From positions 62,001 to 126,000 of IMG/VR virus record IMGVR_UViG_3300031951_021456: a DNA stretch of 64,000 nucleotides. The stretch is one strand, 5' to 3'. Shown here piece by piece: positions 10,172 to 21,024 of this stretch (position 1 is its first letter; every line of letters starts with the position of its first letter). A model generated the notes under the pieces. The model was given only the letters and a program-made list of their open reading frames with translations. It ran no database searches and had not been told where the DNA came from. The position numbers and the translations under genes are program-made.

Positions 10172-11320
10172 ATGAATTTACTTAATGGCATTGTAGATAT
10201 ATTCCCATCAATAGAACCACAAAATTTTTTGGAAACTCCAAAAAGAATTAAACTTGGATTTGATCCAACAACAGATTTTTTACATTTAGGTCATGCTGTT
10301 CTTTTAAGAAAATTAAGGCAATTTCAAAATGAAAATCATACTCCTGTAATAATTATAGGTGACTTTACTGCAAGAATTGGAGATCCAACAGGAAAATCAA
10401 AAACTAGAAAACAATTAACCAAAGAAGAAGTAGAATTCAATACCAATGAATTTTTGAATACTCTTTCAAATTTTATTGACCCCGAAAAATCTGAAATTAT
10501 TTTTAATTCTAAACATTTAGAACAATTATCTCTATCTACAATTATACAATTACAATCATTGGTAACAGTAAATCAACTCCTAGCGAAAAGGGATTTTCAT
10601 CAAAGATTTGAATTACAAAGCCCTATCAGTTTGCATGAATTTATGTATCCACTACTTCAAGGATATGATAGTCATGTAATATCATCTGAAATAGAACTTG
10701 GAGGAATTGATCAAAAATTTAACATCTCAATGGGTAGAGATGTTCAAAGACATTTCAAAAATAAAAATGAACAAATTGGAATGTTAATGCCAATTTTATG
10801 TGGTACTGATGGTGCCAATAAAATGTCTAAAAGTTTGAATAATGCAATAAAAATTGATGAACATCCTTTAATAATGTTTTCTCAATTGGAAAAAATTCCA
10901 GATAATTTAGTAGATGAATATATTCTTCTACTCACCGACTGTAATTTGGGAGATTTTTCTCCAGATCCTAGAGAAAGGCAAAAACAAATGGCCTTTGAGA
11001 TTGTTTCAGAATTTTATGGTTCTGAAGTTGCTCTAAAGTCTATGAATGAATCTCAACAGATCGTTTTGTCTAATTCAAATATATCAGATGTCCCAGAGAT
11101 AGTTGTTTCACATTTGCAGTTTCCATTACCTCTTGCAACTTTATTGAGAGAAACTAAATTATCAGATAGTTCATCTGCAGCAAGAAGATCAATTCGTTCA
11201 GGTTGTATTAAATTAGATGGGATTAAAATTACAGATGAAAATATTATGGTTGATATAAATGATATTGAAAATAAAATTATAAGAATGTCAAAGAACTCTT
11301 TTCATCGTTTTGTCATGTGA
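10172..11320 (+). CDS. tyrS: Tyrosyl-tRNA synthetase
   Basis: GFDPT..LHLGH (HIGH), IGDFTARIGDPTG, YPLLQGYD, ELGGIDQKFN, KMSKS and a C-terminal S4-like ARRSIRSGCIKLDG. Confidence 0.95.
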   Translation: MNLLNGIVDIFPSIEPQNFLETPKRIKLGFDPTTDFLHLGHAVLLRKLRQFQNENHTPVIIIGDFTARIGDPTGKSKTRKQLTKEEVEFNTNEFLNTLSNFIDPEKSEIIFNSKHLEQLSLSTIIQLQSLVTVNQLLAKRDFHQRFELQSPISLHEFMYPLLQGYDSHVISSEIELGGIDQKFNISMGRDVQRHFKNKNEQIGMLMPILCGTDGANKMSKSLNNAIKIDEHPLIMFSQLEKIPDNLVDEYILLLTDCNLGDFSPDPRERQKQMAFEIVSEFYGSEVALKSMNESQQIVLSNSNISDVPEIVVSHLQFPLPLATLLRETKLSDSSSAARRSIRSGCIKLDGIKITDENIMVDINDIENKIIRMSKNSFHRFVM

Positions 11321-11517
11321 CAGTAGTTAAACTGTCACTATGGAATACACACACTTCACTTCAGTTTGCTAAGATGAAAAAGAAACTTGGAGATTCCCCA
11401 TGTTTAAAAGTAAGTTCTTTCCTTTAATTCTTTATCTTAGTTTACTCTTTATTGGAATTTCTTTTCCCTTTGCTATTCTAATGATTTATCCAGTATCGCC
11501 CACTCACAAAATTTTTT

Positions 11518-12619
11518 ATGAATTCTGACAACTTTATTTTATGTTATTGTGTTACTCTTCTTTTTGGTTTCGTGGGGTTTGTTAGTTATGGTACTATTAA
11601 AAATCAACCAGAATCTCTATATAGAGAAACTTTTAATAGATCTATTTCTTGTCGTGAAACTATAGGACTAAAACAAATAACAAATTTAGACTATATTTGT
11701 GGCAAACTTCCTCAAATCTCCGAATTCCATACACCTTCTAAATAAAATGACACTCAAACTTACTGCAGTACATTTAGTTGATGAGGGATCTTATTTGGTT
11801 AAGTTCCCATATAATAATAAAAATATCTTGGTTTCTGGAGTTGTACCTGAAAGTTGCAATTATGTTGTAGTTTCTAGCCTTGATGAAATTGTAGAACTTT
11901 ATACACCATCAGCAATTCTAACGCATTATACAAATGATAATGATCCAACTCAAACCATAACCCCAACAATCTATCAACAACAAGTTGATATCCTTCGTGC
12001 TAAAGGAAATTATGATGATTTTTCTGGAGAATTAGTTTTCACAAATCTTGATGATGAATATGCATATAAAAAATTCATTAAAACTTGGAACCCTTTTTAT
12101 GTTAAACAAGAAACCATAAAAAGACCAGTTGAAATTGAAATAACTGAAATTCGCACAAATTCTGGAGATCCAGATATTGTATCTTTATGGAACTCTCCTG
12201 CACTAGGAGTTGATCGTAAACTGTATTCAATTAATCGTCTGGATTTAGCTGTCAAAACTTTAAGAGCCATATGTGGTGATAATAATTGGAATCTTGAGAT
12301 CCCAACACATTCTGGAATTTTATATGCAAAAATTAACAATAGTTATGTTTTTAAAGGTAATGAATTTAAATTTGAGACACATTTTATTGGCACTCTTGAA
12401 CAATCAAAGAGTGAAAAAGCAAGAATTATTAAACTGATCAATGATGTAATAGCCATCCGTAATGCATGTAGGAATAAGATTAATAAAAGAACTGCTGGAT
12501 ATGTTTTAGGAAATCTTAGAATCATTAGTTACAGTGTTCAGTCTTCTACTAAATCTAATATATCAATGAAAATTAATGATCTTATTACTGATATTGAGAA
12601 TGAGCTGATTAAGGAATGA
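11518..12619 (+). other. Two hypothetical CDS (11518-11745 with an N-terminal TM segment; about 11747-12619)
   Basis: ORF track; downstream of the class A promoter at 11317. Confidence 0.6.
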
Positions 12620-12820
12620 AAGCACCCAAAGAGTACAAACAATGGATCAATAGACTGAGAGCTTTATATTCCTCTTAGATAATCCACATATGGAAAGGAA
12701 ATTAAACAACAATAAAAAGCATAGAAAAATAAAAATTGAGACAATTTAACAACTGTCCACCAAATCTCAAAATTCACAAAAAATCCCTTAGTATTAACCT
12801 ACAATCAACCAAAATCAACC

Positions 12821-13357
12821 ATGAGTGAACTTCCTGAATTTATTGCATTTCCTAAAATTCCACGTCTTCAAAAAGATTGTGTAGTTACTGAAAAAATTGA
12901 TGGCACTAATGGTGTTATCTACATCACTCTTGATGGTGATATGTTTATTGGGAGCCGAAATCGTTGGATTACTGCAGACTCAGACAATGCTGGGTTTCAT
13001 CGTTGGGTGATGGAAAATAAAGCTGAATTAGAGAAACTTGGACCAGGTAGACATCATGGTGAATGGTGGGGAAGTGGAATTGGTCGGGGATATAATCTCC
13101 CCAAAGGAGAAAAGCGTTTTTCTCTTTTCAATGTTCATGTTTGGAATGAAGAGAATATTCCTAGCTGTTGTCATGTAGTTCCAACTCTTTACACTGGAGA
13201 ATTCAATACTAATGAAATTGAAAATGCAATGTTAAGTCTCCAAGAAATGGGTTCCCATGCTGCTCCCGGTTATATGAATCCTGAAGGAGTTATGGTCTAT
13301 CATGCTGCTGCTTGTATGTACTTCAAAGCTCCATTTGACAAAAACCACAAAGGTTAA
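12821..13357 (+). CDS. RNA ligase (short Rnl2-like nucleotidyltransferase)
   Basis: VTEKIDGTNG (motif I, KxDGxN), GSRNR, HGEWWG, RFSLF and PEGVMV. Confidence 0.8.
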   Translation: MSELPEFIAFPKIPRLQKDCVVTEKIDGTNGVIYITLDGDMFIGSRNRWITADSDNAGFHRWVMENKAELEKLGPGRHHGEWWGSGIGRGYNLPKGEKRFSLFNVHVWNEENIPSCCHVVPTLYTGEFNTNEIENAMLSLQEMGSHAAPGYMNPEGVMVYHAAACMYFKAPFDKNHKG

Positions 13358-13366
13358 AACAAATCA

Positions 13367-14131
13367 ATGAAATCTGAACTATTTCAATTTGCTGAAGTTG
13401 GTGGAGCTGTTCGGGATTCTTTTCTCGGAGTTCCTTCAAAAGATATAGACTTTGTTGCAATCCCAAATAATACAAATGATTGGAATTATGCAGATGAGGC
13501 TTTTACTAATTTAGTACAGGAATTATTTCATCTAGGATTCAAAGGATTTGATAGTAATAGTGGGAACTTCATTCTAAAGCCTGAATTTTTCACTGCTAGA
13601 GTGCAAGTCCCTAAAGAGAACCCTCTTCATCAACGTACAGTTGTGGCAGATTTTGTTCTATCACGTAAAGATGGACCAAGTTCTGATGGACGTAGACCCG
13701 ATTATGTTCTACCTGGAACTTTGCTTGATGATCTTAAGCGTAGAGATTTTACCATTAATGCAATGGCAGTCTTAGACGGCGAATTGGTAGATTATTTCGG
13801 CGGTCAAAAAGATCTAGAGGATCGCTTAATTCGCTTTGTTGGAGATCCACACGAAAGAATTGCAGAAGATGGTTTAAGAGTTATGAGAGCTTTAAGATTT
13901 GTAATCACTAAAGATTTTATGCTCCATCCAGAGACCTATGATGCTATTAATTGCAGTTTAGGTGCACAGATGTTGACAAAAGTTTCTATTGAACGTATTA
14001 GAGAAGAGCTGGAGAAAATGTTCACCTCAAATACATTGAAAACGATTTCTATTCTCAGTGGCCTTAAAGCTGATCTTCAAGAAGCAATTTTTAGAGATGG
14101 TTTGCGTCTGATGCCGTCTTTGAAGCATTAG
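13367..14131 (+). CDS. tRNA nucleotidyltransferase (CCA-adding)/poly(A) polymerase family
   Basis: VGGAVRD, KDIDF, DLKRRDFTINAMA, DYFGG..DL and EDGLRVMRALRF. Confidence 0.9.
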   Translation: MKSELFQFAEVGGAVRDSFLGVPSKDIDFVAIPNNTNDWNYADEAFTNLVQELFHLGFKGFDSNSGNFILKPEFFTARVQVPKENPLHQRTVVADFVLSRKDGPSSDGRRPDYVLPGTLLDDLKRRDFTINAMAVLDGELVDYFGGQKDLEDRLIRFVGDPHERIAEDGLRVMRALRFVITKDFMLHPETYDAINCSLGAQMLTKVSIERIREELEKMFTSNTLKTISILSGLKADLQEAIFRDGLRLMPSLKH

Positions 14132-14450
14132 ATTGTGACAGATTAAAATGTGTCACCGCAAGAACCCAAACCGAGTTCCCTTGCCATATGATAATAGAGC
14201 ATTAAACAAACCCTCATGCCTTTCTAGTCAATGCTTGTAAGAATTATTGGAACTGCAATTGGAGTGTCTCTCTTACTTTTCATTCTTCTCTTGAGGGGAC
14301 TTCCGGTTCTGTTTCTTCTTAAAATGATTCCTCTAGGAATTCTACTTTTTGTTGCTATTGCATTCATTTATGCTGGCGTAGCAAAAGATAGCTGATCAAA
14401 ATCTCTGATCTTACTGTTTAACTTACCCATTCACTTCACCCTTTTTAACT

Positions 14451-15263
14451 ATGTCTCTCGTAAAAGTTGGTCTAGGTCTTGGTGCTGGCGTCCTGGTTCT
14501 TGCACTTATTTCCGGGCAATGGACAACAATCAATACAGGTGAAAACGGACTTTACACTGGATTTGATGGCCAGGTAAAGAATGAAGTTCTCACCCCCGGT
14601 ATTAAATATGATGGTTTTGGTTCAATTAAAGTCTTCAATACTCGTAAGATTACGGTGACGGCAAATGACCTTCGCCCCAAGACTAAAGATAACACCATCA
14701 TGAAGGAGATGGATGTGACCGTAACCTACAGTATCAATCCCACCTCTCTCTATGATTTCTATACTGGTTATGATATGACCAATCACTCTATCAGCGAAAA
14801 TGGACAAATTCAACTCATGTCCAGTTACATTGCTCGTCTGATTACTTCTGCTGTCAATCAATCTGTGGACGAATTCCCCGCTTTGGTTGTAAACAGCAGC
14901 CTTGGACAGGTTCAAGATACGATTAAGATTAATCTAAGCGAATCTCTAAAGAAAAATGGTCTTGAGGGAAAGATTACCATTGATTCAATCATTGTTGGTA
15001 AAGCTGATCTTCCTGATACTCTTGTTGAATCTGTGAACCGTGTGGTTGCGGCCCAATCTGCAAATAAAGAGCAACAAGTGAAGACTGAAACTGCCCAATT
15101 GAAAGCTGAAGAGAACAAGGCTCTTGCATCTACTGTGACGGCACAATCTCTTGAGTATCAACGTCTTGAAGTTCTTCGTGAAGCGATGAGGAATGGTAGC
15201 ATTCAAAAAATTCTGATTAATGGTGCCAATGTTCTTTCACTTTCTGATAATGTTTTTAAGTGA
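14451..15263 (+). CDS. SPFH/band 7 (prohibitin-like) membrane protein
   Basis: N-terminal TM segment, LTPGIKY, KTKDN..KEMDVTVTYSINP and a C-terminal coiled coil. Confidence 0.85.
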   Translation: MSLVKVGLGLGAGVLVLALISGQWTTINTGENGLYTGFDGQVKNEVLTPGIKYDGFGSIKVFNTRKITVTANDLRPKTKDNTIMKEMDVTVTYSINPTSLYDFYTGYDMTNHSISENGQIQLMSSYIARLITSAVNQSVDEFPALVVNSSLGQVQDTIKINLSESLKKNGLEGKITIDSIIVGKADLPDTLVESVNRVVAAQSANKEQQVKTETAQLKAEENKALASTVTAQSLEYQRLEVLREAMRNGSIQKILINGANVLSLSDNVFK

Positions 15264-15296
15264 TAAATAATAATACCTGATATACGGCAATCTTCA

Positions 15297-15323
15297 GGAG
15301 GAGGGTGAAATTCCCTCCTTTTT
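15297..15323 (+). terminator. Intrinsic terminator-like hairpin
   Basis: ggaggg-tgaaatt-ccctcc followed by ttttt. Confidence 0.65.
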
Positions 15324-15359
15324 AGTACCAATAGTAATGCCGTCTATTAGAGTAGAATT

Positions 15360-15445
15360 ATGCTATCACGCATTTATACATACAAATTACTTTTGAATAA
15401 GTTCCATACTATTATTATGGTAGTAAGAAAAAAAAAATAAGTGAT
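15360..15445 (+). pseudogene. Relic 5' end of a GIY-YIG (Seg-like) homing endonuclease
   Basis: MLSRIYTYK, then a frameshift to TFE*VPYYYYGSKK; matches the recalled cyanophage Seg-type start RIYTYKITFEEVPYYYYG. Confidence 0.5.
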
Positions 15446-16415
15446 GACACCTCTCAAACTTAAAAAGATCACTTCACAAACTGTCCCTCCATAACTCAAC
15501 CAACCACCCAAAGGTACTATGATACTCTCATACACATTGGAACTCCAAATGTTTGATGCCTACAATGACTATCCTTTTGAGCTGCTCCAGTTTTATGAAG
15601 TTATTCTTTCTTCGTCAAGGAAATCAACCATGGATCTTGAACACATTAAGCAGCAGTTAAACTGCTCAGAAGCATGTGCAAAGGATGTTTATCATTTGAG
15701 GAGTTCCCTTGATTGGTCTCTAGAAAAAGAACAAGAGCTAATTAATCTTCATAGTGCTGGTGTTTCTTTGTTGAGCCATGAGTAACAATATTACAGATGT
15801 TTTTAAGTTCAATAAAAACCCCACAGGCTTAACGTCAACTTACACTTATGAGGTTCTTTCCAAAATTTTTGATAATAATTGGCTAACTTATCTTTTTACT
15901 GGGAAAAAACAAAGAGTTAGATATTATATTAGAGAGAGAGAAACATATAGGTATAATAAATGGTCTAATAATTCATTTTCAACATTTAGAGTTTTACATT
16001 ACTTATCTGATTATAGTTTTTATTCATTGAGTGACTGGACATTTGTTCTCTTTTGGGATGATCCATCAGAACCACAAAGAATAATTACAGAAGCAAAGCT
16101 CAGGTATTTTGACAATACTAACATTAATGATGTTATTTTTTCCTCTGACGACATTCCAATTTAATTCAAACTAATCATGAAACTTCTAGTCATTGATCTC
16201 AAAAATCCTGAAAATTCTCATTATAGCGATCCACATAAAATTGCAAGCTTTATGATGGCTAAAACTGTTAAAAATTATCCAATGTTTGCTGTTAGTGATG
16301 GAACCAATTCTTACAACAACTTGTGACTGTGGTGAACTTCAACTGCAAGTTTTGGGACAAATTCATCATAAACGCCATCAACATAAACATACACAATAAA
16401 CTTGGCATAATCTAA

Positions 16416-16511
16416 ATGGAGAAAAAATTCAATCGGAAAAAGAATGAAACTAAAGGACACTTTATGGAGAAAAAATTCAATCGGAAAAAGAATGAAACTA
16501 AAGGACACTTT
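16416..16511. repeat. Perfect 48-bp tandem duplication
   Basis: atggagaaaaaattcaatcggaaaaagaatgaaactaaaggacacttt twice (16416-16463, 16464-16511). Confidence 0.95.
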
Positions 16512-19288
16512 AATGACTGACACATTGATCTGAGGTGTAGTGAGCCAGGTGATATGCTGAACTTGTTCAACACACAACGTTAAAAACCCTAATGAAAATT
16601 GACCTTTCACATTATGTCAGAAAAACTGTAAAAGTTAGATATGCCAATGGCAATGAAGCATTTGGTATAATTACAGTAAGACAATATCTACCTAGTAAAT
16701 TTCTTCAATATAGACTTGTAGATAAAAACCAAAATAGAATTACAGATCATTACGCTTCTGGTAAGTGTTACTATTTTACAGAAAGTTATGACATTGTACA
16801 AATTGAACCTATAACTACTGAAAAAACTATGGATAAACTAGATCTTATGAGCAATTTCTTTAATGCCAAAGATGCACACAAATTGTCAAGTCTTAGTGAT
16901 CCAAATCAACTATTAAAAATAATTCTTGCAGAAATAGAGGAAGTAGCAAGGAATGGAAAATGGAAATATATTACTCGTTCTTATGGTTTTGGCGAAAGTG
17001 TTCTCTATGATATTGAAAACAATTATCCAACTAAAATTAAAGAAGTTTTGAATATGTTGCGTGATTTGGGGTTTACTGCTAAAATTGTAATACATGAAAA
17101 TCAGTTTGTTGATATTTTTCTGCAGGTTACTTGGAATACATAAAAAACTTCTATCATTGTCAAAAAATGCGCAGCCGGAACGGAGAATAAAGTGAAGGAC
17201 ACTTTAACGACTGGCACACACCCATACACTTTGACAAGCGTGCTCCTGCTATGATGAATCTGTTCAGCCAACAAATCTCTAATGATTGGAACAAAGGTTA
17301 GCACAGACTTAGTTGCACGAGTCCAAATTGAAAGGTTTGTAATTTCTATGGATGACCTTAAAGAGTATATGAGAAAAAAATTTAGTGCTGGTGGTTGGTA
17401 TGATGTTGAGTTTCGGATCAATATCTTCTCCCCAGATTCATTAATAATTATATCACGGAAAAGAATAGTTAAGGTGTAAAAGAACATATAGATCTTGTTA
17501 ATTCTGTCTGCAATCCCCACTTCTCATTTATCTAAACAAAATGACTTCTACCACTCCAACTCAAACAATGAAAAAGAAAATTACTAAGGCATTAGTTTGG
17601 AATTTGACCAATATAGTGGAATTGTTTCTCATCTACCAGTGGATTTTTAATGATGTTTATTGGGCAGGAAATCTCATTAAATTTTGGATTGTATTTATTT
17701 TTATTTGTACTCTTGCTGTTATATCTTCACCCGAAGCTGTAAAAAGACAACGTGAAATTGGACGATCTGTTCCTAAAATTTTAGCATATATTTCTTATAT
17801 TTTATCAATTGCTTTGATCGTATCTCAAGGCCATTTTGTTTTTGGTGCACTTTATACACTTTCTGCTTGTTTTGAAATTTATAATTTTGATGGAACTGAT
17901 TAAAATGAAAACCTCTCCTTGGATTGTTGATGGTCATTGTGCAATTCGTGTGTTGAATGGTAGTAATTCTGACCAAATCAAAAATAGGATTGCATTCATT
18001 GAAAAATCTCCTCGTATTCGGTTATCATCCTATACGGGTGATAACGATTATGAAAATTGGGCATATGGCCCTAAAGGAAGCAGTGGTGGAAATCCTGAAA
18101 TAGACTTGACTTATGGATTTGATCCCATTTCTCGTCAATGGTGCGATGAACAATTAACTGCTATTGGTTACACACTAGGAGAATAAAAATGAAACGCAGA
18201 ATCTACAGAAAATATTGGAACCTTATCTTTAAGAAAGTTTTCAATAAGTGTCATATGCATGGCGAAGACATTGAGATTACTTGTTCAAAAATCAGAAAAT
18301 ATAGAAAGTATCTTCAGAGAATGAAGTATCATCATCAACAAAGTGAACAGGATTATCGTAGTGGATATGAGACTTATGGTTATGAAAGTATTGTAGACAT
18401 TGAGACCAGTCTTCTCTACATTTCAGACAGGTTTCATTCTGGATTTCGTTTAGCATGGTTAGTTAATGTTCCTGAAGAAGTTGATAAATTAATGAACACC
18501 TGACCATCTTGTAGAATCTCTCACTTCACACTCATCTAACCATTATGAAAAACTACAGGATTAAAAAAGTAACAGAATCAAATTGTATTATGTATTTTCC
18601 GCAAAGAAAAATTCTTGGATTGTTTTGGATTGATATGTTTAGATATAACCCGTATTATGATGGGTTTGATTCTTATGAAAATGCACATGAAGCACTTTAT
18701 AATGCTATTTGTAAACCTGAAGTTGAATACATTGATGTATATTTTGAAAATGAATGAACACCTGATCATCTGGCACACCTCTATTCACTTTGAGGGGTGT
18801 GCTCGTGCTATGCTGCTTTCAGCAACCAAATTCCAAAATGACTTCTCTTCATCTTGATTCCTCGGTTAGCGGACACCTTTTCAAAGATATTAAAATTTCT
18901 CTTTCTGATGATGAACAAGTTAATATCACACGGTTCATTAAAATTTATTATTTTGGTGATGATGAAATAACAAATGAAGAGATCTTAGACTATCCAAATG
19001 ATGTTGTAGAAGGATACACTGCTGCTCTTGGTAGGTTAAGAGGTGGGTGGTCTACAACACTTTCAATGTCTTTTAATCACAATGGGAATCCTTGTATTAA
19101 AATTTCCGAATATGACATTGCTGGTTATGACGAAATTGACAAAATAAAAGAACAAATAGGTTGTTCTTCAGGTTGTGCAATTGATGTATATTTGCTTAGA
19201 AGAAAATTGGATTGGACACGAGAACAAGAACTTGAGCTAATCAATACTCATAATGCCGGTGTTCCATCACATGTTACATTGCTTTGAT

Positions 19289-19545
19289 ATGAAAGCTAAA
19301 ATTTCTGAGGATCTCTTCAAATTTTCTGAAAATCTATATGGCAATTTTACAATAAAGTGCACACATATGAAATTTTATCCAAAAGCACTCCAACAAACTT
19401 GTTTACTTATCTTTTTACCATGAATCTCTCAGTCAATAGTTTTTATAAAAATTAATGAATAGACAGAATAAGAAGTGGCACAAAGTTAAAGATTTTTCAC
19501 CCGAGACCATATATTATTAGAGAGTTCACCATCCAGCAAATGACT
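19289..19545 (+). pseudogene. Frameshifted paralog of the 15778-16164 ORF
   Basis: EDLFKFSEN.. then, in another frame, TYEILSK..LFTYLFT, versus TDVFKFNKN..TYEVLSK..WLTYLFT in the intact copy. Confidence 0.5.
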
Positions 19546-20080
19546 AACCGACAGCTTTGTATTTTGGTATTTTCCTTGTCTACTCTAGCATTCGCACTTC
19601 AAATTAATAGCCTAATTTTAACATCATTAGTAATAAACATATCCGCAATTTTCGCTATTTACACAAGAAACTAAAATGGAACCTTTTGATCTTTCTACAT
19701 CCCAAAAATTTGAGATTGAGCGCTTTAATCGCGCTATTGATAATACCACAAATATTGAAGATTTGCGTAAAATTGCTAAGCAACTTTTACAGGCTTGGTT
19801 TGTTCAAAAATCAGCAACAAGATGGGTAATGGAAGGCTCTTTAAATCGTAATTTGCCTTCTATTCCACCTCAACCAGAATAAATTTATGTTTGTTCAAAT
19901 TTCTCCTGAAAAAAACATTGAAGTCTATTATATGAACAAGGAGAAGTGTGATAGCTATAATGATTTTCATGGGTATAATGAAAATGACAGTAATTATATC
20001 AGAGAAGGATATTATTATGAGAATATGATTGGAAATTTTAAAAGTCAGAAAGAAGCAATTGAACATGCCAAAGCTAAACT

Positions 20081-20437
20081 ATGAAAATCTCTACAACACA
20101 TAAAAGATTTGCAGATCGGTTAAGAGGCCAACCTGCCCTAAAATATCCTGAATATTTCTTAGGACCTAATTGGAAGGATGTATTGAATTTCTGGATTTAT
20201 TTGGATACTTTGAGTGATGATGATATTAGGTTAATTGATATGAGATATTTTGCTTTATGGGATTTAAATACCTTAAGGAATCTTGCTTGGAAAGCTGCTA
20301 AGGATACTATAGGTGTGTATTATGCAGAAGCATCTATTCTCACTCCTACATATGCTGGGACTTATGTAACCAGTGAACTTATTGGTTCTCATAAGCTTAA
20401 GTCTCTTAAGTTTCTCCCTTTGTTTTTAAACCTATGA
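20081..20437 (+). CDS. MKIS-family paralog 3
   Basis: Conserved terminal blocks. Confidence 0.85.
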   Translation: MKISTTHKRFADRLRGQPALKYPEYFLGPNWKDVLNFWIYLDTLSDDDIRLIDMRYFALWDLNTLRNLAWKAAKDTIGVYYAEASILTPTYAGTYVTSELIGSHKLKSLKFLPLFLNL

Positions 20438-20805
20438 AAATCTCTACAACACATAAAAAATTTGCAGATCGGTTATGGGACCAACCTGTTTTAGAATACC
20501 CTGAACGATTTCTAGGACCTAATTGGAAGAATGTATTGAACTTCTGGATTTATTTGGATACTTTGAGTGCTGAGGATACTGATATAATTCATATGCGCTA
20601 TTTGGTTTTAGGTGAAGATGCTATAGTTTATGCTGAAAACCATGATTGGAAAGCTGCTAGGGATACTATAGGTTTTACATATGCAGATGCAACTTGTCAT
20701 ATAACTTTTACATTTCCAAGCATTTATACAACTCTTGAACTCATTGGTTCTCATAATCTTGAGTATTTGACTTTTCTTCCATTGTTTTTAAAACATAAAA
20801 TTTAA
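20434..20805 (+). CDS. MKIS-family paralog 4
   Basis: Conserved terminal blocks; ATGA overlap with paralog 3. Confidence 0.85.
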   Translation: MKISTTHKKFADRLWDQPVLEYPERFLGPNWKNVLNFWIYLDTLSAEDTDIIHMRYLVLGEDAIVYAENHDWKAARDTIGFTYADATCHITFTFPSIYTTLELIGSHNLEYLTFLPLFLKHKI

Positions 20806-21024
20806 TCAATTATATCCATTAATCTATAATAATATTTTCACGGACACCTTTTCAACTGGCACATTATGAAAACTCTGAAAGATGTTGTTGAGCTAAAATA
20901 AAAAAGTTCACACAAAAATCATGATTCTCTTCATTACTGTTGCAGCAATTGTGCCAGAATCAATCGCATATTCTTTAATTCTTTTTAATCTCCCTCTTGT
21001 TTGAAAAATTATTCATAACAAACA

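Larger units (their letters stand above)
15519..20084 (+). other. Run of about 14 small hypothetical CDS (15519, 15778, 16177, 16592, 17282, 17541 four-TM, about 17905, 18189, 18545, 18790, 19676, 19887, others)
   Basis: Co-oriented ORFs; 15519 and 18790 share a CSxxCAxDVY...LDW..E.E.ELIN.H.AG domain. Confidence 0.6.

Noticed and set aside
11317-11338. Class A dyad as a CRP or NtcA site
   Set aside because: Half-site spacing (GTGAC-N12-GTCAC) does not fit TGTGA-N6-TCACA or GTA-N8-TAC.
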